From Auanema rhodensis (lineage: Eukaryota > Animalia > Nematoda), in the NCBI GenBank assembly GCA_964057225.1, contig OZ059900.1:12586001-12650000 (forward strand): a stretch of 64,000 nucleotides of DNA. The letters are read 5' to 3'. Positions within the stretch are counted from its first letter, which is position 1. Each line of letters begins with the position of its first letter. The position numbers and the translations under genes are program-made. Of the stretch, positions 48,620 to 61,879 are shown one piece after another. Under the pieces are notes generated by a model. That model searched no databases and was not told the origin of the DNA. It was given only the letters and a program-made list of their open reading frames with translations.

Positions 48620-51600
48620 ATGGCTGCTAACAGGTTGTGTTTTTTCCTATCTTTTTTTTTTTTAATTAAAATATTTATTTTCAGTTATAAGCGTGTATGT
48701 GAAGAGTTGGGGTTCGATTATGAGGAAATTTATCAACTCAGGTAATTTAACAAATATACATCTTTGTTGGTTTTTTTTAGTAAGCGCATAAAGCTTACCG
48801 AGAGTGGTGGTGTTGAGCTCTGTGACCCCGCAATAACCACTTCCAATAGTGGTCCCTCGTCATCAAGGGTTATTAAAGTTATCACCTTGGATGACAGCGA
48901 TAATGAGTAAGCTATCGTATAATGAAAAAGCATGAAATTTTTTTTTTTCAGAGAATGGAATCCCGAGATGCCATCAACTAGTGGAGAACAATTAGGAGGC
49001 GGTTCATCCTTCAACGATATTTGTCAAATAAAGGTACGAGCTTTTAACTTTTTTTTTTTTTTCATGTTACAATTCTTTTCACTCTTTATCTTTTATTTGA
49101 TTACATATCTTGAACAATTTTGAATTCTGCCATCTATTTTTAAACAAATCATCATACATTTGGAGGCTTTTTGAAAAATAAAATTAAATCTTATCCCAAA
49201 TCCATGCCATAATATCATTTATTAAATTTTTAATCATTAAAATACACTTAAATTTAAATATTTTGATGCGCAAAAACAGAAACATTTAAATATTCTGTTT
49301 TTTCTAAACCATTTCACTCCATCTATTTTAAACAATTTTATATTTCTACCACTATTTCATAATTTCATTTTTTAAATTTTTAATCATTAAAAAACATTTA
49401 AATTTCAATATTGTGATGCTCAAAAACTGAAACATGAAACAGATTTATATTTTCTAAGCCATTTCACTTCATCTCTTTTATTTAATCATATATCTTGAAC
49501 AAATTTAAATTTCTATCACTTTTTCATAATTTCGTTTATTAAATTTTTAATCATTAAAAAACATTTAAATTTCAATATTGTGATGATCAAAAACTGAAAC
49601 ATTTAAATATTTTGTATTTTCTAAACCATTTCACTTCATCTCTTTCATTTATATATATTTTAAACAATTTTATAATTCTACTATTATTTAATTTTTATTT
49701 ATTAAATTTTTAAACATTAAAAAAAAAAAAATTGATGCTCAAAAACTGAAACATTTAAATATTTTGTATTTTTCTAATCGTTTTGAAACAAACTAAACAT
49801 ATATTTGAAACCATTTCAATTAAATAAAAAATAACGACTATAACAAACAAAGAGACATAATAATTATAAGCAAAAGATGAAACAATTCATATATATTCTT
49901 AAAACTATTTTTATTTAAACTTTAAAAAAAATAAAAAAGCATGTAAACTGTTATAAATGTTGTTTATTATAGTGGTCACACCGGCGCATAAAACGCACCG
50001 GTCGTTTTACCAACGTGGTCGTTCGATCGCTCACGTTTCCACACTTGGAAAATGTTGATGAACCAATGCATGTTATCATGCCGCGGTTATTCAACGAATT
50101 CCTTGATCGTTGTCTTGCTGAAAGCGGTGCGCCTGATAAGCAAAAAGCCTTATTTTGTTTATCAATTGAGCACCCTTCCTTTGAAAAAGGCTCCATATTT
50201 ATGGACTTTCGTAGAAAGGAGCATCTGGATGGCGTAGCCATTATGAATGCCATCAGCAAGGTGCAGCAATCAAAACGAGAGGCTGTAATCAGCCAGGCAA
50301 TGAATATTGAGATGTATGTGTTTGATGAAAGGCCAGCGCAGCCAAGCCTGATGCCTGGTGAAGGTAGAGTCGGGTTTTATTTTGACCCCGAACTCAAAAT
50401 ACCTGGAACCATTGCCAACACTGACTCACATTGTCTGGCTAAGTCAGCAGTTGTGGGAATGTGGAAAGCTGACGAGCTGGCCACTGAAGATGGCGATGAG
50501 AAGCGAAGGCTGCAAAACCTTCGTCGCAATTACATCTTATTGCCAAATCAGCCACACCATATCCATTTATTAACTAGGTGTGGCATTTCCGAAAATTTAC
50601 CAAATTATAATTTAATTCATTTAAACATTATTGCCAGCTGTAATACAAACTATAAGTTTGTAGTATATGCTAGACCGCCTGGACAGCGTATGTACACTAT
50701 CCAGAAAATATTTAATGAAGCGGCTAGCAAATTGGTAACACTAGGTTACCGAAATAATCACTATGATTGTATTACAGCTGGTAGTCGTTCGAAAATTTTT
50801 GACGGTATTATATGTCAACACTGTAAGTTATCTTACAATACAGTGTTGCATAGATGTAAAGCCAAATGTAAAAAATGCCACACCTATAATTGTAATGCGA
50901 TGGTGAATGTGGTTGAGAGTAGCGTGAGGTGTGATAGTTGTAGAGTTTTGTTTAAAACTCAACAATGCTTCGATAGGCATTTGCGAAAAGCCTGCCAAAA
51001 ATTCAAGGTATTTTGTGAAAATTTAAAGTTGTACATAACAACCTTAAATTCAGACATGTGTGGCGTGTGATCACTATCACAACTAAAAAAGAAGCAAGAA
51101 AAGTTCAAGGTTTGTAATTGTTATCTTTACAAATGTAATGCTTCCTTGTTTAAGCTCATATTTTATGACTTTGAAACAGTTGTGTTAAAAAACGGCACAA
51201 ATGTTCATGAATATGCAGGTGAACAATGACCCAATATGGTTGTGTATAACAAATTTTGTGAAAGTTGTATAGATGCCAATTCCTGTGAGAAATGCACAAC
51301 CAAGGAGGGCCATTTTGGGTACCAACAAGGTGATAGTGAATGGTCTGTAACAGATCGTTTCTTTGATTGGTTACTCAACTTTTCTGAGAATGATAATGCA
51401 ATTTTGATTGCGCAAAACGGGTCGCGCTTTGACATACATTTCTTGGTGTCTAGGCTGATAAACAGTGGAATATATCCTGACCCCATTTTAAATGGGACCA
51501 AGATTATTAGCATAGTTGTCAAGCCTTTAAGAGGTCAAAACATTAACCATTTATGTTTTAAAGATAGTTATTTACTAGTGCCTTTACCCTTATCAGCGTT

Positions 51601-54075
51601 ACCCAAGGCATTTGGTGTACCTGATATGAGTAAAGGACAATTCCCATACCTCTTTAACCACCCAATAAATTATGGCAAAGTGCTACCATCCTTGCCACCA
51701 AAGCATTACTATTGTACTGCTAGAATGAAAGCAGAAGACCTAGCTTCATTCAATGCTTGGTATGAGGAGCGTAATCAAAGTGTGTTTGATTTTGATGAGG
51801 AGCTTCTGGAATATTGTAGGACAGATGTCCGTATTTTAACCAACTGTATGAAAGTGTACATGAAGTTGGCCACCGCTACCACTGGCTGGAATCCTGTCAT
51901 ACAATGCATGACATTTGCCAGTTTTTCTTTATTCCAGGCAAGTTTTCAAAAATGCAAGCATTGTTTAAAGCAATTGTGTTTCAGTTGAAGATGAACCACA
52001 TTAAAGAAAATCAAGTGGGTATTCTGCCTGAGACTGGTTATTATGCCGGCCAGAAGCAGAGTATAATTGCCATAAAATACATAAAATGGCTAGAACAAGG
52101 ATTAGGCCGCCCATTAATGCATAAGCTTAATGGTGATGAAATTGTTGTGAGAGTACGCTATCTACTTGATGCTTATGACAGTGTGGCTAATCACGGCTAT
52201 GAGGTTAGTAATTTGTAATAAATGTAAAAAATGAAAAATTTTGTAGTTTAATGGCTGTATTTATCATGGTTACCCCCAGTGCACCAACAAGACTGCTATT
52301 GCACCAGGCAGAAATGGTGAAACAATGGAAGAGGTAACCAATACTTTTTTTTAATCATTTTAAGCTGAAACATTTAGGTTTATGAAAAAACCATGAAAAG
52401 GCTTGAAGCTATTCAAAGCCAGGGCATTAGTGTAACCACTGTGTGGGAACACGAAATTACTGCTCAAATGTCATCAAATGAGCAAATGGCAAATTTTATG
52501 AAGGACACTGAGGTTGTAACTCGATTGGCACCTCGAGATGCCTTCACCGGCGGCCGAATTCAAACATATAAGCTTCTGGCCCAAGCTTCGGATAGATACT
52601 CACTAGAGTATGTGGACTTTTGTTCACTTTATCCATATGTAACGGCATTTGATGCCTATTACCCTGTAGGTAATCCTAAAGTGATTACTGAGGGCTTTGA
52701 GAGTTTTGAGGCATGCTGCCCATACAAGGGCCTTGTGAAATGTGACGTGCTTGCACCCACAAATTTGTTGTATCCTGTATTAGGAACACGCATAGGCGGT
52801 AAATTAATTTTTACAAACTGCCGCACATGTGCAAACAGAGGCAAAAATGTAACATGCCCGCACCAAGATGATGAAGACGCTCGAAAGCTGCATCTGACTG
52901 TAACGCATGTAGAGCTCGAATGTGCCATACAGCGTGGATACAAAGTGCTTCATGTTTATGAGGTTTGGCACTGGGATGAATGGCAGCAAGGAGGCCTATT
53001 CAAGGATTTTGTACAAAAGTACATAAAAATTAAGCAAGAGGCATCGGGCTAGCCTAAGCCAAATATGACAGAGGCTGAAAAGGTATGTGTCATGAAAAGT
53101 ATGGCATTAAATAACATTTTACAGCTAAAATATCTCCAAGAGCACGAGGAGAACACTGGTGTTGCTCTGGAGAGCAACAAAATTGAAAAGAATGCGGCTA
53201 TGCGTAGCATTGCCAAACTACAGCTGAATAGGTATGTAAACTTTTAAAAATAAAAATTTACAAATTTGCTTATAGTGTATGGGGTAAAATGGGTCAAAGA
53301 CCGGATAAAGCCCAAACCAAGATTATTGGTGTTGAGGATCCTGAAATTGGTAGGATCATAACTGATCCTGCAAGGAAACTCACGGGCTTCAAAATTGTGG
53401 ACGATGGGGCGTACTGTACAACAGTCCCAGAAGACTCACACTTGGCACCAGCTCCGTTTACAAATGTAGCCATAGCGGCTTATACAACCGCTCATGCAAG
53501 GCTACTATTGTATAAGGCAATGGAAAAAATTGGAAAGAACTTGTTGTATACAGGTAATTTTATACTTTGTATACAATTTAAACGTACATCATTTAGACAC
53601 CGATTCTCTAATTTATTTAAAATGCCTCGATCAGCCTGATCCAATTGAGGATATGAAGGGTGAATGGTTAGGTAAACTAACCTCAGAAATACCCGATGGT
53701 TGGTCAATGACCAAATTTGTTTCACCAACTGCAAAAGTTTATAGTTATGAGCTAGTAAATGCAGCTGGTCAGGTCAAGTATATCACCAAGGCAAAGGGAG
53801 TGGTAAGTATAAAAATATATTATTGAGAAACTTTTTAAAATTACAGACGCTGGAGCACACGGCAGCCACCGTGGTAAACTATCAAAGTATGGAGCGATTG
53901 GTTCGAGGACTCGTGATGGATGGAGAAAAATTGGTTTTAAAAACCAAAACAACGTTATTAAAGAGGCAGCTTGGTGCCATATCCACGATGGACATGACAA
54001 AGAGTACCAAGGTCGTAATGGATAAACTTTGTTATCTAGACGATTTTAGTACTTTACCCTATGGTTATTGTGAAT
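48620..54075 (+). pseudogene. polB: Polinton/Maverick protein-primed DNA polymerase B (Vsr-insert type), ~13 introns, nonsense mutation(s)
   Basis: Spliced reading gives FYDFET (ExoI), QNGSRFD, DFCSLYP, KLQLNSVWG, YTDTDS, plus EFNGCIYHG/VWEHE; in-frame TAG at 53050 in KQEASG*P. Confidence 0.9.
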
Positions 54076-54215
54076 AATTTTTAATATATTTGAATTTATA
54101 AATTTTATTATTGCGTGTATATTTGTATATAGTTTTATTTATAGATTTTTATGTATAGTTGTATTAATAAATTTTATTCTTGTCATCAAATGTTTTAAAG
54201 AGTTTATTACATACA

Positions 54216-55500
54216 TTACAAACTGGTATCAACATAAGGAGCACGATTGTTGTCAATTGAAAGAATAGAGTCATATTCTGCATAAACAATAGCATATAAA
54301 CCCTCTTGCGGCGTTTGTTGGCCAAATTCCAATTTCAGGGCCACATTACCTTGTCGTATAACATCAAATAACTCGGACGAGTGTACAGTCGGTGAAATAT
54401 CAAATACAAAAAATGTGAAGCCGGTTTTATACATTGCTGGTGTAATACCATTGGATGAATCTGTACGACCAAGGCCCAAACCTTCCAACATGTCAATATA
54501 TGCTGTGGCATAGGAAGAACGCCATTCTAAATTATAAGGGCGGGTAGGTATTACCCGATTGTTGAGCGTCAGGTTTATATTTTTCAATTCAAACGGTTTA
54601 AAGTTGAATGGCGAATGTTTAAAAGTACCATTATAGGCGTGTGCGCCGACAAGACCTACTACAACACGTTTCGGTGTATGCGACGTGAATAATATGTTAT
54701 TGGGTGAATCCAAACGGCCTCCTTCTATGAAATAAGATCGCATTTTCACTGACGTCATGGGGTAGTGTATTCGTTCCTTTACAAGTTTATCTTCTATAGC
54801 CATAGCTAATCCAGCGTTTAGATCAAACTCTTGAATAAGCAAGTGTACATCGTTGATATCTATTTTCAGGTTTGGAAACTCCTCCTTCATTGCAGCATCT
54901 TTGCTTTCATTATTCCATCCAAATGTGTCAATTAAGAAATTATCGCGGTTTGGATATGCAGTTAGCTCCATTTTTGAATAGTTTACAAACAGTCGTTCCC
55001 GATTGAATAAGTCGATACTGATGGGAGCAGCCATCTCACACAATATGCCATTTTTAACAAGCCCTTATCGCGCTCTAAATCCAGGACTGGCTGCATTATC
55101 TATATATCTATCCGCATAATAGCCTGATATGGCAAGTTTGCTCTCTTTAACATCGTTGCTATACATTAGAATATTCTCAATATATGTTTTGTAGGCATGA
55201 TTTACGGTAGAGTCATACACGCTAACATCACCAATTTTTAAATGATACGAGTGTATCAAACTGGCTGCAAATTGTTGGCATGGTGCAAAAACAAGGTTGT
55301 CTGATACTGGATCGCCGTTTGTGGTTACAATTTTGAATTTTACATTCAACCAACACCTTCTCAGATTAAGAAATGATTTGGAATTTTGGGCTATAACAAA
55401 TTCCCATGGTCCTTGAGGAAGAAAAGTATTTTTTAAAGGAACTTGTACAGTACGAGTGGATTCAACACCTAATGCCGACGCCGGTATGTCACTATAATTA
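54216..55500 (-). pseudogene. Polinton major capsid protein (double jelly-roll), one in-frame stop at ~55065
   Basis: PKRVVVGLV..AYNG...SPFNFK, SNGIT..MY..G.TFFVFDISP, IVYAEY..ILSID..R; two same-frame ORFs. Confidence 0.85.
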
Positions 55501-55573
55501 ATCCATCAGGCAAAAGGTAGATGGTTTTAACCAAACTATTGTACCAAACTCCATCCAGCCTAACTTTCTACAA

Positions 55574-55961
55574 ATGGGTCAAAGGCCGGATAAAGCCCAA
55601 ACCAAGATTATTGGTGTTGAGGGTCCAGAAATTGGTGGATCATAACTGATCCTGCAAGGGAACTCACCGGGTTCAAAATTGTGGATAATATTACGTACTG
55701 TACAACAGTACCGGAGGATTCACATTTGGCACCACCACCTTTTACAAACGTATCTATTGCGGCATATACCGATTCACTAATTTATCTAAGGTGCCTGGAT
55801 CAGCCTGATCCAATTGAGGATATGAAGGGTGAATGGTTGGGTAAACTAAACTCAGAAATACCCGATGGTTGGTCAATGACCAAGTTTGTATCACCAGCTG
55901 CAAAAGTTTATAGTTATAAACTAGTAAATGCAGCTGGTGATGTGAAGTATGTAACAAAGAT
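55574..55961 (+). pseudogene. Diverged partial duplicate of the pPolB C-terminus
   Basis: Homologous to 53289-53790, with an internal deletion at a short microhomology. Confidence 0.85.
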
Positions 55962-56299
55962 TAAAAATCATTAAGTTTTAGAAGCTTTTATTAATGTTTA
56001 AAAATAAATGGCATTTGATTTTTAAAAAATATACACAAAAAAAAGATTCAAAATGTCTTTTTCAACAAAGATCGGAACATTGGATTATTCACAGGACCTA
56101 TAGAACATACAATCCCTTTGAGAACCAATATGGACCTGTCCAAATCTCTATCATATCGAGTTCCGTTGGACAAACAAGATAAACTTGAACGTCAAGTGAA
56201 AGAAATGCTGGACCAAGGAGTAATGGAAAAAACAAAGGACATTGAATGAGGTGCTTGTGAAACATATTCATGAAGATATGAGAATTGGAGTGCATCAAG

Positions 56300-56684
56300 A
56301 TTTTAAACACATGCAGCATGATCAACGCGATTTCATTGGACAAAGAAGATGTGAAAGAGATCGTCAGCCTAATGCCTGACATGTGCAAAAAAGAAAATCA
56401 ATCCACACGATACGATGAGAGAACCATATGGAAAGTTTGTAACCACACAAAAACCATTTAATAGGATTCATATGAATGTGACGGGACCTTTTCCGCCTAG
56501 CACTAATGAATTTAAATATATTCTTTTTATTCAAGATGCTTTTTTAAAATGGATAACAAGACTATCTCTGAGTACACAGAATGCCGAAGGTACAGACCAA
56601 AAGTTCCTGACGAATGTTGTTTTTATTTGTGGACTACTAGTGAGCATCGTGTCCGACAATGGAATAATGAATCACATCAATTGA
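56300..56684 (+). pseudogene. Degenerate retroviral-type (DDE) integrase fragment
   Basis: PFNRIHMNVTGPFP...KYILFIQDAFLKW...IVSDNG. Confidence 0.7.
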
Positions 56685-57136
56685 TACAGATCAATTGAAT
56701 GAATGCTTACTGTACTGTTTTTCACACTGAAAAATAAAAAATGCATTGATAAAGAACTATGACATAAGTTTGATAGTTAACTATATCGTATAGTTGACCT
56801 GAAAATAAGGATAATTATTACAGTCACGATACACAAGATACAATAGTTAAAAAATATATAATTGCACAAAGGAACAGACCTTTAATTCAATTTCAGACAG
56901 TCAACGAGATCATTTAATTTGAAGGTCTAAATACTGATACCGTAATCAACAGTTATCAATTTTATGAATTTTAGCCTAAAATTTCATAGTTGCACTATTG
57001 TGAATCGGATTTTTTAGTTCCACTTGTCTCGTCAGAATTTCATTGTAATTTCCGATTTTTTGATTTATTTTATATTTATTTTTGATTTCTTTTTTTTCCA
57101 GTTGATTTGGTCTTATTGATTTTTGGATTTCCAGAT

Positions 57137-57463
57137 ATGGAATCTGACCGGGATGAAGTAACGGTATAGGGTGTTCACCGGAACAGGTTGTTTGTGCCTC
57201 TTAAGGCGTTTTTCGAGGTGGCCTCGGTGTCATGTCAGTCTCTGGGTTTTTCGACTGTTTAATGTTTATATTTAGCCTCTGGTGTTGCTGTGGACGTTGT
57301 CGGGTTGCGGCAACTTATTAACACATATGAGGAGAAGCTTCTCCGCAAGCAGAGCAAGGTATCTCAGCTCCAAGCTGAGTTGGACGCCTGTAAAAAGCGC
57401 CTGGAGGCGCAGGATTCGGCGAAGGAGGCCAAGAAGGATAGAAAAGGAAAATCCCATGACTGA
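57137..57463 (+). pseudogene. Paralog of the small coiled-coil gene at 10282-10609
   Basis: Collinear homology 57102-57608 with 10247-10690; TAG at codon 11. Confidence 0.75.
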
Positions 57464-57615
57464 GATCTCCTCTTTTGTTCCTTTTGTGGACTTCTTTTGT
57501 TGCTGTTGATCATGTATATTTGTGTTTAGACGTTTTCATTTTTATTTCCTAGTTTAGACTTCTATTTGTTGCTGTTGAGCATTTATCTCGGAAAATAAAT
57601 ATTTTTCCCTTAGGT

Positions 57616-58290
57616 AAGTGGCAACCGCTACCACTGGCTGGAATCCTGTCATACAATGTATGACATTTGCAAGTTTCTCTTTATTCCAGGCAAGTTTTTA
57701 AAATTACAAACATTTTTAAAGCGAGTGTGTTACAGTTGAAGATGAACCACATTTAAGAGAACCAAGTGGGTATTCTGCCCGACACTGGTTATTATGCCGG
57801 TCAAAAGCAAAGTATAATTGCCATAAAATATATAAAATGGCTAGTACAATGATTAGGCCGGCCATTAATGCACAAGCAAAATAGTGGTGAATTTGCAGTG
57901 AGAGTAGATGGCCAACGTTATCTACTTGATGCTTATGACAGTGTTGCTAATCATGTCTATGAGGTGAGTAATTTCTAGTAAATGTAAAAAATGCCAAACT
58001 TTGTAGATTAATGGCTGTATTTACCATGGTTGCCCCCAGTGTACCAACAAGACTGCTATGGCACCAGGCAGAAATGGTGAAACAATGGAAGAGGAAATGA
58101 TGACTTGTGTTAAATTTGAACAATTAGGTTTATGAAAAAAACATGAAAAGGCGTCAAGCTATTCAAAGCCAAGGCATTAGTGTTACCACTGAAAATCCAT
58201 ATGTCACGATATTTGATGCCCATTATCCTGTAGGTAATCCTCAAGTGAATAATGAAGGTTTCAAAAGCTTTGAGGCAAGCTGCCCATACA
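57616..58290 (+). pseudogene. Second diverged pPolB fragment (retains introns)
   Basis: Homologous to 51865-52725, with stops and deletions. Confidence 0.85.
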
Positions 58291-58818
58291 TTATCTGGCC
58301 AAATAGTATTAGTATTTGTAATATTAATGTTGTCAACTGGTAATTCATTTGAAAGCATTTGTTTATTTTTTAAACTATTGAAAAATGATGATGTCTTTAT
58401 TAAGGCGTTCATGCATAAAGTATTTGACTATAAATTGGCTACTATATAAGAAACTTGAATAAGAAATTAATAACCTGCTACATTACGTGGTCAGTTATGA
58501 ATATTCCTTGTCACTGTGAATTATGTGTCAGATACACGTTGGAGCAATTTTAACCAACGCTTCTATACAGGAGAATATTGCAATGTATTTCAGTGCCATT
58601 TATTAAAGGTATAGCATTGGGATTGGGTTTTTGTACAATACTAATCGCATGTTTGCTCATTATATGAAAGTGGTTTGATTGCGTGCGGTCGTTTTTCATT
58701 TTCCTCTAATGGAACTTTTATGTAAGAAATATTGTGGTACATGCAAGAAAATATTTTCTTCAACCAAGCTGTTTAGTGATCACGTTTTGAAAAGGCATGC
58801 AGGCATACTATATATCTA

Positions 58819-60907
58819 TCAATCTCTGATTGTTTCTAATTTTACTCCAGTTATCTTCAACATGGCATCCCAAGAAAGTCCAAGACTAGTATAATACCAA
58901 CATGGATCTAATTCATAAACCAGAAGACTCAAATTTCTGAAATTTTCAAAAACATCAGCTAAAAGAAGTACATCATTAATCATGTAAATGAGTGTATAAT
59001 CTTTTGAACGGCATTTCATCTCTTTCTAAACTTTTTGAGTATAATTATTGATATTGAACCATTCAGTTTATCACGGAAGCATTTCTTTTTAGGCAATTCG
59101 GTTTCTTTAAATTTTTCAAAAGAATCCATATATTCATATGGGCATACACCTTTCTTTCTCATAGTTTTGAAAGTGTTCTCACTTTCAATGTAGAATTGAT
59201 TATGAAAGACTTTTGAAATATGCATTTGATCATCTTTCAAGTTTTTACTCAATGCAGCAAGAGAAGAACTCATAAATGCAAAGGAAGTCAAAAATCTAAT
59301 TTCATAGAAGTGATCATTTTCAAATTGTTCCGAAGGTTTACAATAACTGAAACTCATAAACTTTTCAGTATTACTAGGAATTGGTCTCACTTGAATTTTT
59401 CTTTTGTATAGGTATTCATTACTTTCTTGATCTCCAATAATCTTGTGAGCATCATAACCTTTAAGGTTGTGGAAAAGTACTGAAATGAAAGTATTTTTTT
59501 CTTTTTCAATAAATTACACTTATTGCAAAGAGGTCCTCGATATTCTCCAGCCCAATGATAATGATCTTTACACTTATTATTTTTATCACTTTCAAAAGCA
59601 ACATCACAAATAGGACACTTCTTACACTCCTTGAATTCTTCGTTTTCTCGTGTTGTCAAGTCTCTTATTTTTATCTCAGGAAGTTTCATATTTTTTTGAG
59701 TAATTTCATTGATATACTTATTGAACTTGAAGGCTGCACCAGGTCCAACATAAAACTTCAGATTATAAATAATCTTTGTGAACGAATCAACTGCAATTAT
59801 ACAATATCCTGATGGAATATGTTCTGTAATATTCCTGGTATTCTTCCTTTTTTCATTAAATTCTAAGGTTTTTTTTTTGAATTTTTTCATAATTATTCTC
59901 AAAATAAATGAATGGGGTATCTATGTTTTTGAGTTCTTTGATAATTTTTGAACTTCATTATTTTTTCTTTACTCAATAGATTTTCCATTGGTTTGTTTAA
60001 TCCACAATCTGCAAGATGATCAAGAGATTTCTTTCTATCGTAATAACGTGCATGGCATCTAGCACAAAACAGTTTTTGATGTTTATTACCTTTATTCATT
60101 AGTTTATTCGAGTTTTTGATGTAACAGTAATGACAATTATGACCTTCCTCTATGCAAAGAAGATTAACTATATTGTGTTCATTTTCTGGTGTAGCAACCT
60201 TCTTTGATGGTAAAAGTCTAGTGATTCTCTCTAATATGAGATCTACTCCAAAAACGTTTATTTTCAGATCATTGTTCTTTTCAAACTTCTTTATATCTTT
60301 GAACGTCATAGGAAATGTACATCCTTCAAAATTCAGTTCGTTTTCATATTTTTGATATTTATAAACTCTGTGTGCATCTTTATCCGCAGGATGGAGATGA
60401 GCTAAAACACACCACATAAAGCATTTGTTCTCTTGATTTTGAGGATTAATTACGCAATGCTTGTTTTTAATCCATCCTATAAGGTTAGTGTACCTACTTC
60501 CTCTTGGAGAATCAAATTTTGTTTGATTGACATATAAAGCATTGATACTTCTCAAAAACCATCCAGAACCTACAGTATCATGGTTTTCCATATGACCTCT
60601 AAGTTGTTTACAAGCGTTTTGATAATATTCAACACGATCTTCTCCAATACACAAAGATTCAGTTTTTTGTAGAAACAACTTGGTCTGTATAAGGCTGACC
60701 ATCTCTAGTTAGTGTATATTTTAATGATAACCGAATTTTGACACTGCTTTCTTTTTCAATATCAGCAATTACACTATTTTGTTTATCTTGTAAGAATGCT
60801 TCTACAATATTTAAAACTTCTTGGAAATATGATTTTTTAGGTTTCTGTAATTCTTCAACTTCGCTTTGGTGTTGTATAATGAATTTTCTAAGTTCTTCAA
60901 CTTTCAT
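58819..60907 (-). pseudogene. polB: Second-type Polinton pPolB (HNH/EndoVII-insert type), frameshifted, N-terminal half
   Basis: NKCFMWCVLAHL and HYCYIKN (OTU-like), CPIC...DHYHWAGEYRGPLCNKCNL, KKGVCPYEYMDS, DVLLLADVFENFR, SWDAMLKITGV. Confidence 0.82.
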
Positions 60908-61279
60908 TGCGTGATATTATCCATTTTTCTCAAAAATAATTACTTTTTCAAATTCTAGAAGGAGCCAACACTTCCTTTTAAAATAGAAAAAAACGTTTTG
61001 AAGAAAAATCAAAATTCCAGATTTATGAATTTCAAATTAAAAACTCAAATCTTTAAACTTCATAATGAAATCAATCATTTCATCTCTTTTCATTTTCTTT
61101 AGATCTTCTTCAAATCCTTCACTAGGTGAATGTCTTGGAGATCCTCCTAAAGAAAGATTTTGGAAACTTCCTTTTTGGAAAGCTTCAGTAATTTCTTCCA
61201 TTTATAAGTACAATAAGTTTTTATGAATAAATTTATATATGATCCCAAGAAAAGGAATGAGATAGTTTTTTTTTTCTTT

Positions 61280-61800
61280 TTTAAAGAGTAGAAAAGAAGC
61301 TCATCGCGTAGAAGTATTCAAACCCACACTAAAATCAAATAAGAAACTACAGGAACAAATTATTGATAAAAAGAATAAGATAGTTCAAACTCTCAACAGC
61401 TTCAAAGGAATTCAAAGTCTTTCAGAAATTAAAGGACAAGTAATTTAATTGTAACTTATCTTCAAGATCCTAGAGATAAAAGTAATGCAGGATGTTCAAT
61501 AAGGTAGTCCTCCGAGGGAACAAAAAGATATACCATTGGAAATAAAGAAGTAATTTTTGATGATAATACAATGGAAATTGATAATGTAAAATATAATGCA
61601 ACTCCTGGCCTTATGGAATTTTTGACTAAAAAATCTCCAGATCTCAATAAAATTAAGAAAGAATATACTTAAAATTAGAGTTATATCTTATTATGCTCGA
61701 ATGCTTTGTATCAAGGATTTGATAAAAGTAGCAAAAGATATAATGTTGATGCTAGTGATAAATGGAAATTCATTAAAGATAATTATTTTACCACGAAGTC
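61280..61800 (+). pseudogene. Degenerate Polinton-type accessory ORF
   Basis: Reads IGNKEVIFDDNTMEIDNVKYNATPGLMEFLTKKSP, resembling a motif recalled from Polinton uncharacterised proteins; divergent from pPolB2. Confidence 0.4.
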
Positions 61801-61879
61801 TAAAAATCAAAGTACTTCACAAAGTCAAAGTAGTCACTGTTGAAATGAGATAGATATATCTGAAATAATTTCTCTTATA

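Noticed and set aside
53050-53052. Stop-codon readthrough or recoding in pPolB (and MCP ~55065)
   Set aside because: A single TGG-to-TAG type change in a region full of decayed copies; pseudogenisation is simpler.
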